From Methanobacteriota archaeon (lineage in GTDB: Archaea > Thermoplasmatota > Thermoplasmata > SG8-5 > JAGLSY01): DNA of 64,000 nt. The stretch lies in NCBI GenBank assembly GCA_020696385.1, contig JAEHCQ010000003.1:185674-249673 (forward strand), written 5' to 3'. Positions 17,821 to 27,453 of this stretch are shown in pieces (the first letter of the stretch is position 1; each line of letters opens with the position of its first letter). Both the position numbers and the translations under genes were made by a program. The notes beneath the pieces are model-generated. The model was given only the letters and a program-made list of their open reading frames with translations, ran no database searches and was not told the origin of the DNA.

Positions 17821-20800
17821 TCAATTATAATTGACAACTTTTCTTTTTCTCAGTATCAATGGGATACATACCATGATGATGATCGGTATGAATGAATGGA
17901 ATTCCGGAGCTACTATCACATCCCCTGGAAGTGTATGAGATGTTTCCGTTTCCTGAATGCCCCTTGTGCCCCTTGTACCCACATTAAATGGATGAGATGC
18001 ATTGAAATGCTCATCCGGAATATCTGATCCGCCAGACCAGTCAGAAGACCTGAAGAATAATCTTATATCATCGGACGTATCAAGATCTATTGACATTTCC
18101 ATACTTGTGGAATCAAGATATGCTTCCACATTATCAGATGCGGAGACAGACCAACCATCATCATTCGACCAAACATACAATGAACTGCTGGTGATCAGAC
18201 CATTCATTCCAGATAATTGCATCATCTGATCTGCCCCGATATCTCCGATTGGCTGTCCAGTGTTAGTATCATTATCAGAATCTATGAATATCTCGGTGAC
18301 ATCCTCGCCAGTTATCCTTGGAATAACACTCACTTGTGGTCCGATATAGATCGAGGCTTTGGTTATAGTATTGTTCAGCCATGTGTCTGGGCCACCATTG
18401 TTATAGTCGGTCAACCCATCATTATCATCATCATTATCCTGAGAATCCGGGATACCATCATTATCAAAATCAAATTCAAAGCCAGTTTCATTCATATCGG
18501 TTATTCCATCACGGTCAGAATCCACAAAAATAGCGGTTGTGGGGTTCACAGGATCAACTGGAGTATTGGCAAGACCACTGTTTTGATGAGGAATAATCTC
18601 CCCGCCAAGAATCTGGCCATCCACATTGATAAACACGGCGAGCTGGCTACCATCATAGGCAGCGGCAAACTCTCTCACATCGATATCATTGTTCCCATTC
18701 GTGCTTTCATCATCATTCTCATCGGTCTCGGTATCATACCAGTCCAGGAAGCCGCCATCCATTGTGATAGAGGATGGCGAGCCTCCGATATAGGAATATG
18801 ATAAAGCTGAAAGATCGGTCTTCAAGGTGGTTGTTCCATATCCGGTACTCACACTGGATGAATCTCTAAGCTTCATCCTCAATGTACTATCGGAATAGGC
18901 TGATGAATCGATATCCGCCCCAATGTACAGTGTCCGAGCTCCATTTACCTGGAAACCATTCATGGACATCGTTGCCAGGCCATTCGATATATCAGACACC
19001 TCGGAGAGAGCATTGCCGCTTTCATCAGTAATGAAGCATCGTTGGATCGCTACAGATGGTAGAGTTCCTTCCAATCGAACAGATATGCTGTCTATTGTGT
19101 GGATTCCCTCACCAAAGGGCACGATATCCAATTGTAGATATTGCTGGCTGTGGGAGGTCACTATCCCGGGTGCGATACCTTTCTGTGTTATTCCGATTGC
19201 ACTTTTTTCAATGCTGATAATGGAATCCGCACTGTCCTCATAACCATCCCAGCTGTGAGAGGTTATAAAAATGTCCACAGGAGTTGGTTCGTAAAGACCC
19301 AATAGGTCCCAACCGATCTGTATTTCGAGATCACCAGCATTCACACCAGACTGTATTGTCGAGCCTGGTTTGAACATGCTCCAATCCAGCCCATCATCGG
19401 ATGAGCCAGTATCCGAAATATATTCGTGAAGGGTCGATGATGTCACCTGGCCGCTCCATCCGGATACCATCAGCATATGGTCAGCCCCCATGCCCGCGAT
19501 CTTATAGCCAGTTGACCAGCTATTATCATCATCGAGGAATATGTAAAATGTGTCCTGAAGAGCACTGGAAGCAACAGGCTCGCCAGTGAGTATATCACCA
19601 TTGACGCCCAGATACAATGCGAGATATTTTTCACCATTGTCCTCAGCACTACATTGGACAATGTCCACATTGGAATTGAAGGAGGCATCTGGAATAGTAT
19701 CGAATGTCAATTTCTGATAATTCTCCCAATCGGCAAAATCCCCGTCTATCTGTATGTCATATGCATCCTGAGTTCCAGCTGGCTGATACATCACACCGAG
19801 CATCGCGGATACCAACATGAGCACGGAGGCCATTAGAACAAATTTTCTGAACAATTGCCTGCGCTTGACCTCGCGTGAGTAGCCGATGGATGGAATTCCA
19901 ATTTCCGGCATGGTGGGTTGAAGTGTACTGTAAACACGACCCTGACCATTGACCATACCGTTAACACGGCCTGTTCTTCTACCATTGGTGAGGCCATTCA
20001 CCCTCCCATTGACCAAGCCATTGATCATACCATTGACCATGCCATTAACACGACCTGTTCCATTCGTCAGGCCGTTAACATACCCATCGAATTCCCTTAT
20101 GCCATTGATCTTGCCGGTTATTCTGGCCTTTCCATCTTCCAGGCCATTCACCTTCCCGCTGATGCTTCCAACACCATTGATCATTCCATTGATCCTGCCA
20201 GTACCATTGATCATTCCATTGATCCTGCCTTCCACCTTGTCAATTCCATTCACAAGGCCAGTGACACGACCCCGCCCACTCATGGCACCATGCAAATATC
20301 CTCTATTGATCAGTCCTTTTTCTTCTTCCATCGGGCCATAACAAGAGGGGCATTTTGGCATGCCTTCATCGATGGTCTCGCCACAATCAGCACATATATT
20401 TGGCTCATCTTCTTGATCTGCAAATTGAGTTAGTTCTTCACTAAGTTCTTCCAGGTCTTTGGCGAAATCATTATCAAGGTCATCCAGTGGAGCAAGAGGT
20501 GCGGATATCTCGAAATCATCTTCAAGAGTATCCTCACCAGATCCCAATTCGAGATCCTCTATCGAATCCAGGTTTTCATCATCGGAGACATCGAATCCAA
20601 GCTCAGATTCCCCACCGACAGTACCAAGATCCCAGTCATCATCTTCGCCATCATCATCGACCTGCGAGCTTATCAGATCATCCAGACCATCAAGAATATC
20701 ATCACTGATATCCAGCAGTTCATCCTCTATGACATGATCCACCTGAACCTCCTGGCTCTCCAGTTCATCATCATCGAATGATTCAAGAGCCAGGTCATCA

Positions 20801-22194
20801 AGCAGATCATCCAGATCATCGCTATCTTCATCGATGATAGTCGGTTTGGCGATGGATATATCGATATCACCATCAAGGTCCAATTCATCATAGCCAGCCC
20901 CATCAATATCTGTGGCGATTTCATCAGCATATGCATATTCTGGCTCATCCACACCGTCAATATCAACATCAAGGGACAGATCATCAAGCAGATCTACCAT
21001 TTCAGGACTTTCATCGTCAATTATAGTCGGCTTGGCTATCAATATATCATCAGGAGCATCAAGGCCCAATTCATCATCAATGTCTGGCTCAAAGCCTGAA
21101 GTTTCAGGAACAATAGCCTCTTCAGGCCCATCGATCATATCATCAAGTGCGTCAATAAGATCCTCACTGATATCCATGCCAGGTGTAAATGAAAGGTCAT
21201 CACTTTCGCCGATATCATCATCAGACAATTGAAACTCATCAAGATCATCCAGTATGGATTCCAGATCATCGCTATCCACATCCGCCTCGTCGATGGGTGC
21301 GACATAGTGGCCTTCATCAGCATCGGCCACTTCCTTTTCTTCTGTTCCAGATCGGGATGAGTCGCCGATCATAGAATCCAGATCGCTCATCAGATCATCG
21401 CTGATGTCGACACCATAATCGGTGTCATCAGCGTCATCAACGCCATCAGCACCAGTATCTGTTTCTGGATCAATGGCAATATCAGCATCCGAATCAGAGT
21501 CCATATCTATGGCATCTGCAGCAGCATCAATATCTGTGATATCTGACTCAAGAGTATCCTCAATATCCATATCATCCAATTCACTCAATATCAGGGTGAT
21601 ATCATCGCCATCCAGATCTAAGACAATGGTTTCAGCCTCGGAAATATCATCAGATGTCTCCATGGCCTCTATCTTACCATTTATCATCTCGTCAAGAGCA
21701 TCGATCATATCATCACTGATATCAAGGCCATTGTCTGCAATGAACTCATCAGAGATATCATCATCCAGGAATTCTCCAAGGATATCGTCCAGTACATCCT
21801 CTTCGAGCTCAGATACCATATCTGCATCTAATGATGCGATCTCCGTATCTGCGAATATAATATCATCATCAGTCTCGGATAGAACATCCGCAGTAGTAGG
21901 TTCGACCGAGGGCATTTCTGTTTCAACTTCTGACCCATAATCAGCATCTGGCTCAGCTTCGACTTCGGGCTCATGTTCGTCTGAAAAAAGTGTTCGAACA
22001 TGGTCTACTATCTCCTCCGCATCTTCCAAAGGTATACTCGGAACCTTCGAGGAGAGTTCAGAAGCAGTGAGCGATCTAAGATCATCCAGGCTTTGGATAC
22101 CGAGAAGATACATTGACCGGGCTCTCGCTCGACCAATACCAGGAACCTGTGTTAATTGATTGATTGCATCTTTTTTGCTTCCCATATCCCCCAT
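17821..22194 (-). CDS. Multidomain membrane protein: HhH, long acidic region, zinc ribbon, NG repeats, TM, extracellular domains, PEF-CTERM-like tail
   Basis: LTQVPGIGRARA helix-hairpin-helix; Asp/Glu-rich tract; CADC..CPSC; G[LM][IVT]NG repeats; DxDxDG calcium-type repeats; APEF + TM + RKRK. Confidence 0.8.
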   Translation of the reverse strand: MGDMGSKKDAINQLTQVPGIGRARARSMYLLGIQSLDDLRSLTASELSSKVPSIPLEDAEEIVDHVRTLFSDEHEPEVEAEPDADYGSEVETEMPSVEPTTADVLSETDDDIIFADTEIASLDADMVSELEEDVLDDILGEFLDDDISDEFIADNGLDISDDMIDALDEMINGKIEAMETSDDISEAETIVLDLDGDDITLILSELDDMDIEDTLESDITDIDAAADAIDMDSDSDADIAIDPETDTGADGVDDADDTDYGVDISDDLMSDLDSMIGDSSRSGTEEKEVADADEGHYVAPIDEADVDSDDLESILDDLDEFQLSDDDIGESDDLSFTPGMDISEDLIDALDDMIDGPEEAIVPETSGFEPDIDDELGLDAPDDILIAKPTIIDDESPEMVDLLDDLSLDVDIDGVDEPEYAYADEIATDIDGAGYDELDLDGDIDISIAKPTIIDEDSDDLDDLLDDLALESFDDDELESQEVQVDHVIEDELLDISDDILDGLDDLISSQVDDDGEDDDWDLGTVGGESELGFDVSDDENLDSIEDLELGSGEDTLEDDFEISAPLAPLDDLDNDFAKDLEELSEELTQFADQEDEPNICADCGETIDEGMPKCPSCYGPMEEEKGLINRGYLHGAMSGRGRVTGLVNGIDKVEGRINGMINGTGRINGMINGVGSISGKVNGLEDGKARITGKINGIREFDGYVNGLTNGTGRVNGMVNGMINGLVNGRVNGLTNGRRTGRVNGMVNGQGRVYSTLQPTMPEIGIPSIGYSREVKRRQLFRKFVLMASVLMLVSAMLGVMYQPAGTQDAYDIQIDGDFADWENYQKLTFDTIPDASFNSNVDIVQCSAEDNGEKYLALYLGVNGDILTGEPVASSALQDTFYIFLDDDNSWSTGYKIAGMGADHMLMVSGWSGQVTSSTLHEYISDTGSSDDGLDWSMFKPGSTIQSGVNAGDLEIQIGWDLLGLYEPTPVDIFITSHSWDGYEDSADSIISIEKSAIGITQKGIAPGIVTSHSQQYLQLDIVPFGEGIHTIDSISVRLEGTLPSVAIQRCFITDESGNALSEVSDISNGLATMSMNGFQVNGARTLYIGADIDSSAYSDSTLRMKLRDSSSVSTGYGTTTLKTDLSALSYSYIGGSPSSITMDGGFLDWYDTETDENDDESTNGNNDIDVREFAAAYDGSQLAVFINVDGQILGGEIIPHQNSGLANTPVDPVNPTTAIFVDSDRDGITDMNETGFEFDFDNDGIPDSQDNDDDNDGLTDYNNGGPDTWLNNTITKASIYIGPQVSVIPRITGEDVTEIFIDSDNDTNTGQPIGDIGADQMMQLSGMNGLITSSSLYVWSNDDGWSVSASDNVEAYLDSTSMEMSIDLDTSDDIRLFFRSSDWSGGSDIPDEHFNASHPFNVGTRGTRGIQETETSHTLPGDVIVAPEFHSFIPIIIMVCIPLILRKRKVVNYN

Positions 22195-22320
22195 TCACCT
22201 CTGAAGTAGAGTCCCATCCCCAAATTCGCATCATTAATGTAATATTAACAATGCTAAATGCGCTAATATACAGGTTATATAAATAACTTATACATAATTA
22301 TTTGGCAAAATAATGTATTT

Positions 22321-22344
22321 CTAACACAGGAGAACCTGTGTTAG
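22321..22344. promoter_or_regulatory. Perfect 10-bp inverted repeat between divergent genes (candidate operator or hairpin)
   Basis: CTAACACAGG-AGAA-CCTGTGTTAG. Confidence 0.45.
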
Positions 22345-22478
22345 TTCATTGATATTTTGCATAAAATTTCAACATAACTAAGAATGCTCAAATCGCATTT
22401 ACAAAGTAAATGGGATAAAATACCTAAGTATTGCAAACAAATATATTTATCGGTCGGCGTAATCGGGGTTCTGATAAT

Positions 22479-23501
22479 ATGAAACTCACGTATTCAGATG
22501 CCGGAGTGGATATAGACAAGAAATCAGATGCGATAGAAGCACTGGTAAAGACCCTTGGCTATGACAGAGAGGGATTTGGAAAGAAGATCAAGCTGCCAGG
22601 TGGCTATGCTGGTCTGGTGGAGTTCGGGCCCTATGCCCTCGCGCTCTCCACGGATACCGTTGGTACCAAATTACTGGTTGCCAATGAATGCAAAAAATGG
22701 GATACATTGGGTATCGATTGTATCGCGATGAGTGCCAATGACATGATCTGTTTGGGCGCGGAACCATTGTCCTTTGTTGATTTCATTTCCATCGATGTCC
22801 CTGAAGAGGAGATCAGCCGCCAGCTTGGAATTGGGCTGGAGACCGGGGCAGTGCAGGCGAATCTGTCCATTGTTGGTGGTGAGATCGCTGTTGTTCCCGA
22901 ACTGGTTAATTCCTTTGATTTTGGAGGAACCTGCCTTGGATGGGTCAAGAGAGATGAGATAATCACAGGACAGGACATCCAAGTTGGAGACGCCATCATA
23001 GGCCTGAAAAGTACAGGTGTACATTGCAATGGACTGACACTTGCCAGAAAGGTGCTAGAAGTCAATCAGGTACCATACAATGAGAGTTTCGAAAAACTGG
23101 AACAGAGCATCGGCCTCGAGCTGCTCGAACCCACAAAGATGTATGTTCGAGAGATCATGAGAGTTATCAAGGAATTCGACATACATGGGATGGCGAATAT
23201 CACCGGCGGCGGATTAAGGAATTACATACGCCTGAAGGAAGGTGTGGGATTCGAAATATCCGATCCCATTAAGCCAAATCCGATATTCGATCTGCTGGCG
23301 GAATTGGGCAATATAAGCATTGAAGAGATGTACCAGACCTTCAATATGGGTATGGGCTACACTATCATCTCATCTCCTGACCAGGCAGATGACATCATAA
23401 AAAGCCTGAAGCCAGACTGCGAAGCAAAGGTGGTCGGAACCGTGATAGAAGGAGCCGGAGTCACATGCCCGCCTCTCGGCCTGGAATACTTGAGATACTG
23501 A
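22479..23501 (+). CDS. purM: Phosphoribosylformylglycinamidine cyclo-ligase (AIR synthetase)
   Basis: YSDAGVDI, STDTVGTK, GVHCNGLTL, ITGGG, TFNMGMG; start moved to ATG 22479. Confidence 0.94.
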   Translation: MKLTYSDAGVDIDKKSDAIEALVKTLGYDREGFGKKIKLPGGYAGLVEFGPYALALSTDTVGTKLLVANECKKWDTLGIDCIAMSANDMICLGAEPLSFVDFISIDVPEEEISRQLGIGLETGAVQANLSIVGGEIAVVPELVNSFDFGGTCLGWVKRDEIITGQDIQVGDAIIGLKSTGVHCNGLTLARKVLEVNQVPYNESFEKLEQSIGLELLEPTKMYVREIMRVIKEFDIHGMANITGGGLRNYIRLKEGVGFEISDPIKPNPIFDLLAELGNISIEEMYQTFNMGMGYTIISSPDQADDIIKSLKPDCEAKVVGTVIEGAGVTCPPLGLEYLRY

Positions 23502-23571
23502 ACAAACACTCCGCAGATAGATGAAAGGGATTGTCTGCCAGTTCAGTCACAATTCGATCAGAGGTAATGAT

Positions 23572-24099
23572 ATGACAATATACGAGTTTGAAGGAAAAGT
23601 GCCAAAGATAGGTAAGGGCGCTTATGTTTTCGATGAGGCCGTGATCATCGGCGATGTTGAGATCGGAGAGGGATGCTACATAGGAGCTGGAGCAGTTCTT
23701 CGAGGGGATTATGGCACCATAAGAGTTGGCGATAATACAGCGGTTGAGGACAACTGCACCATCCATGCCAGACCCGGAGAAATATGCACGATAGGCAACA
23801 ATGTCACACTGGGCCATGGCGCGATAATCCACAATGCGACGATCAAAGATTGGGTGGTCGTCGGTATGGGAGCTATAGTCTCCGATTATTCCACAGTGGG
23901 TGAATGGGCCGCGATAGGTGAAGGAGCTGTTGTCAAAAATAAATCTGAAATACCGGACGGCGCCATTGCCGTCGGCGTGCCAGCGAAGGTCGTATCCCAG
24001 ACATCCGAAGAATACCGCAAACAATGGACGGAATTCAAAGGCATTTACACAGATCTGGCAACCAATAGATATCCAGATGGATTGAAGAAGATCGGATAG
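23572..24099 (+). CDS. Gamma-carbonic anhydrase family (hexapeptide repeat) protein
   Basis: IIGDV, GAVLRGD, TIH..GH..IH metal histidines; RBS GAGGT before ATG 23572. Confidence 0.9.
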   Translation: MTIYEFEGKVPKIGKGAYVFDEAVIIGDVEIGEGCYIGAGAVLRGDYGTIRVGDNTAVEDNCTIHARPGEICTIGNNVTLGHGAIIHNATIKDWVVVGMGAIVSDYSTVGEWAAIGEGAVVKNKSEIPDGAIAVGVPAKVVSQTSEEYRKQWTEFKGIYTDLATNRYPDGLKKIG

Positions 24100-24104
24100 A
24101 CATT

Positions 24105-25187
24105 ATGATAAGCTCCAGTGTCAAGAAATTGCTCATTATCCAGGCCATGATGAACATCGCCATGGCCATCGCGGGTTCCTTCAGCCTGATATATCTTGTG
24201 AATCGAGGCTTTTCTTATCAGGAATCATTGATATATCTGATAGTCGCGATACTTACCACGATAGTTCTGACGATAATACTATCGAACAGAGGGGGCATGC
24301 ACTCCAAAAGATCAATTATGGCATCCAATCTCTTTTTGGCGATCTCTTATGGCTCATTTCTCGTACTGGATGGATACGCGCTGCTGATAATTCCAGGCAT
24401 ATTCTATGGCTTTCAAATAGTCTTTTTCTGGATACCGCTCAATGTACTTCTGGCCCAGCAATCGAAAGATTCGAACAGGGGATTCACGATAGGTGTTTCT
24501 TTTTTCATTTACCCAGTGGTCGCTGTCCTGATGCCAGTACTGGGTGGCTCGATAATCGAGAGTCTGGATTTCTATGTCGTATTCCTGATAGCCACGATAA
24601 TATTGTTGATCAATGCCATCACGATCGCCATCTACAGGGATCTGCCCTGGGGCAAGCTGAGAATGAGAATAAGGAGCATGAAAGAGAGCCTGTGGAAAGG
24701 TCTCTTCTTCCAGGGTATGCAGGAAGGTGTGTTTTTCTTTGCCAGTCCCTTGCTCACATACCATTTCGCGGGCGGTGAGTTCAAGACCGGGATAATGTTC
24801 TCTTTCTTCGCCCTCATTGGGACACTAGCGGCCGTATTTATTGCCAGAGTTTCAGATCGAGAGCAGAAACGCCTGGTATTCGCAAAAATAGGCGCGCTGG
24901 GAGCCATACCTGGAATGTTAATAGCCGGCATGGCCAGCGACATCAATGTATTCCTTTTGGGAATGGGCATACTGAACTTCTTCATACCAATGGTCGCAAT
25001 ATTCCTAATGACTCAGGCAGGAGATGGAAAGAACAAGGGAAGCGCGATGTTAACTAGGGAATTCTGCCTTAACACAGGAAGATTAGTAACACTTGGAATG
25101 AGTTTATTTCTCATTCCATTCCTTGGGATCGGAGGACTGCTGGCATTGTCATCAGTATTTCTGATCGGTGTGCTAGCTGTTAAGTAA
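24105..25187 (+). CDS. MFS transporter
   Basis: About 12 TM helices; motif-A-like ARVSDREQKR. Confidence 0.8.
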   Translation: MISSSVKKLLIIQAMMNIAMAIAGSFSLIYLVNRGFSYQESLIYLIVAILTTIVLTIILSNRGGMHSKRSIMASNLFLAISYGSFLVLDGYALLIIPGIFYGFQIVFFWIPLNVLLAQQSKDSNRGFTIGVSFFIYPVVAVLMPVLGGSIIESLDFYVVFLIATIILLINAITIAIYRDLPWGKLRMRIRSMKESLWKGLFFQGMQEGVFFFASPLLTYHFAGGEFKTGIMFSFFALIGTLAAVFIARVSDREQKRLVFAKIGALGAIPGMLIAGMASDINVFLLGMGILNFFIPMVAIFLMTQAGDGKNKGSAMLTREFCLNTGRLVTLGMSLFLIPFLGIGGLLALSSVFLIGVLAVK

Positions 25188-25192
25188 AAGAT

Positions 25193-25410
25193 CAATGAGG
25201 GCTCCCCAACGTTAAAACGTGGGGTATCCTCTCTGTTAAATCATTAAGGATTAACGAGTATATGAGCCCTTATTGAATACATCCCAAGCTAATACTATAA
25301 TCGCTCCATATCCACAAATCTAAAGATTGTGGTATTAGAGCTTGGGGATATTCAATAAAAAATCGGATCAATTGGAAAATGGTGGTCTGCCAGGTTTTTA
25401 TACCTGGCAG
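25193..25410. other. Stacked hairpin region between convergent genes
   Basis: Stems 25193-25204/25264-25275, 25270-25279/25349-25358 and 25387-25395/25402-25410, with nested hairpins. Confidence 0.6.
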
Positions 25411-25444
25411 TCCCATATTTTGGATAATTCAACAAGAAGGTGAT

Positions 25445-26428
25445 CTACTTCTTATCTGCCTTCTTCTCATCATCCTTTTTGGCCTTGGGTTTTGCCTTTG
25501 GCTTGGCTTTTGGCTTTGGCTTGTCTTCTTTCTTTTCATCTGCCTTAACGTCTGCCTTGGCTTCTTCCTTTGGCTCTTCTTTCTTGATGTATTCCTCGAT
25601 GAACTTGATGGATTTGTAATCCGTGTGTTCTCTGAGATCTCCAACTATCCTGTACTTCATGATGAACCAATTCTGGTCGTACTTGCATATCTCGGGCAGG
25701 GTGATCTCCAAAAGATCGTCCTTTCCAGATATCATGAAGTCAGTCGAGTTTCCATAATCCATGGCTATTATGCCCAAAGCCTTCTCATCAGATTTGCTGG
25801 CCTTCTTGGATATGGTGTACTCATAGCGGACGGTCTTGCCTGCCAGAGGAGCATTGAAATCAACTCTCACACGCCCGGACTGAACAGTGACTATCCTTCC
25901 AGTCTTGTTCTTGATGGAAACTTCCATCCCAGGATATGGTTGGTATTCTTCTTTGGCAAAGTCCCTCATTGGGAATATCTCAACAAGCTTTGGGTCCCAG
26001 GCACCATCTCCCTCGGATGGTGGGATCTCGACAGTGGTCTTCTTACCGACCTCTGCACCTTCGAGTGAATTGTCCAGACCTGCAACGACCCTGTTTGCTC
26101 CCACAAGTGTGGTCAGGGGCTGGTATTTGGCCTTTTCATCGAAAATATCCTCGGCCTTGGCAAGCTCCTCGCTTGTGGTCTCGAACAATTCCTCGGAATC
26201 GTCCAGAATGACCCAGGCATCGAAATCAAAGGTAACTATATCTCCCTTTGAAGCCTTATCGACCTTTTTAGGTTTGGAAGTGCTGGACTTCTTGGTCTCA
26301 GTCTTTTTAGTATCAGACGTCTTGGTCTCAGTCTTCTTAGCCTCGGTCTTCTTTGGCTTGGCGGTACTGGACTTCTTTGTCTCGGTCTTCTTTTTATCAG
26401 CAGTTTGCTTCTTCTTATCATCAGCCAT
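25445..26428 (-). CDS. FKBP-type peptidyl-prolyl isomerase (long archaeal SlyD-like) with Lys-rich termini
   Basis: LFETT, VVAGLD, EIPPSEG, VRVDFNAPLAGKT; AGGAGG RBS before ATG 26428. Confidence 0.9.
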   Translation of the reverse strand: MADDKKKQTADKKKTETKKSSTAKPKKTEAKKTETKTSDTKKTETKKSSTSKPKKVDKASKGDIVTFDFDAWVILDDSEELFETTSEELAKAEDIFDEKAKYQPLTTLVGANRVVAGLDNSLEGAEVGKKTTVEIPPSEGDGAWDPKLVEIFPMRDFAKEEYQPYPGMEVSIKNKTGRIVTVQSGRVRVDFNAPLAGKTVRYEYTISKKASKSDEKALGIIAMDYGNSTDFMISGKDDLLEITLPEICKYDQNWFIMKYRIVGDLREHTDYKSIKFIEEYIKKEEPKEEAKADVKADEKKEDKPKPKAKPKAKPKAKKDDEKKADKK

Positions 26429-26645
26429 GTGACAATCCTCCTTTGAAGGTATCACCGCATAAAGGCGATTGTATTAAATGATTTTGCATGATAAAGCACG
26501 ATAAGGTCTTAACAGATCAATGGTAAATATTATATAAAGCAAGTTATTACGCGACTTACCTGATTGGTAGTTCAGCACCCGAGTTTGGCTTGTGGTGAGT
26601 GCTACAGGATCAAACAATAGTGTTCGATTCAATCCCCAAGAGGGT

Positions 26646-26741
26646 GAATTTGAAAGCGAGAACGAAGTGATTGCTTTCAAAATTCCGACAGATATGGAGG
26701 AATTTTGATTGCGAGAACGAAGTGATTGCAAACAAATTTCC
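26646..26741 (+). promoter_or_regulatory. Tandem hairpins with an identical 19-nt core in the rpl10e 5' leader
   Basis: GCGAGAACGAAGTGATTGC at 26656-26674 and 26711-26729, each capping a different complementary stem. Confidence 0.7.
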
Positions 26742-26764
26742 GGCTTGAAAAGGAGGAAATAGAT

Positions 26765-27283
26765 ATGGCAGGCAGAAAACCAGCAAAGATGTACAGACAG
26801 ATCAAAGGTCAGTCCTATACCAGACGCAAGTATATGGGCGGAGTTCCACATTTGAGGATCACTAATTTCGAGACCGGAAACAGGCAGACCGATTTCCCGG
26901 TAGAGATGCACCTTATTGTGAACGATTCCTGCCAGATCAGACACAATTCTCTGGAAGCAGCTCGTATTGCAGCCAACAGGTTCATCCAGAGGAAAACTGG
27001 AGCACAGGGTTATTTCCTTAAGATCCGTGTGTACCCTCATGAGGTCATCAGAGAGAATAAGATGGCCACAGGAGCAGGTGCAGATAGGATATCAAGTGGC
27101 ATGAGAGGAGCCTTCGGAAAACCCGTCGGCACTGCAGCCAGGGTCAAGAGAGACCAGCCAATCATCACTCTAAAGGTCAACCAGGCCAACTACGAGGATG
27201 CAAAGATCGCTCTGTGGAAAGCAGGTCTGAAGATCACCAGTCCATGCAGGATTGCCATTATCAGTGGCGAATCTAATGAGTGA
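26765..27283 (+). CDS. rpl10e: 50S ribosomal protein L10e (uL16)
   Basis: LEAARIAANR, IRVYPH, RENKMATGAGADRISSGMRGAFGKP; AGGAGG RBS. Confidence 0.97.
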   Translation: MAGRKPAKMYRQIKGQSYTRRKYMGGVPHLRITNFETGNRQTDFPVEMHLIVNDSCQIRHNSLEAARIAANRFIQRKTGAQGYFLKIRVYPHEVIRENKMATGAGADRISSGMRGAFGKPVGTAARVKRDQPIITLKVNQANYEDAKIALWKAGLKITSPCRIAIISGESNE

Positions 27284-27296
27284 GTGAAGAAGCAAC

Positions 27297-27325
27297 TGGC
27301 TGGCTTTCAAATGCCAGCCATTTTG
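27297..27325 (+). terminator. Hairpin terminator after rpl10e
   Basis: tggctggc...gccagcca followed by tttt. Confidence 0.55.
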
Positions 27326-27453
27326 TATATTTTAATATCATATTTCACTTCAATATTTCATTTCAGCATATCATCTGCATATTAAGCAATATGATCAAAG
27401 ATAAATTGTAGCAATATGCATTATGATCAAAAAATCAATATCAAAAAATTAAG

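Noticed and set aside
19918-20433. Repetitive DNA and repeat-rich plus-strand ORFs (possible CRISPR or satellite)
   Set aside because: Explained by the NG peptide repeats of the minus-strand gene; no constant repeat/unique spacer structure and no cas genes.
25379-26432. Hydrophobic plus-strand ORFs of 229 and 181 aa
   Set aside because: Antisense translations of the Lys-rich FKBP repeats.
26656-26729. Two identical 19-mers with a 36-nt gap as a mini-CRISPR
   Set aside because: Only two units, the repeat is short, the gap consists of pairing stem arms, and there are no cas genes.
27330-27450. AT-rich stretch with short repeats (gcaatatg, tatgatcaaa) as a possible origin
   Set aside because: No ORB-like boxes or cdc6/orc1 neighbour; low complexity is a sufficient explanation.
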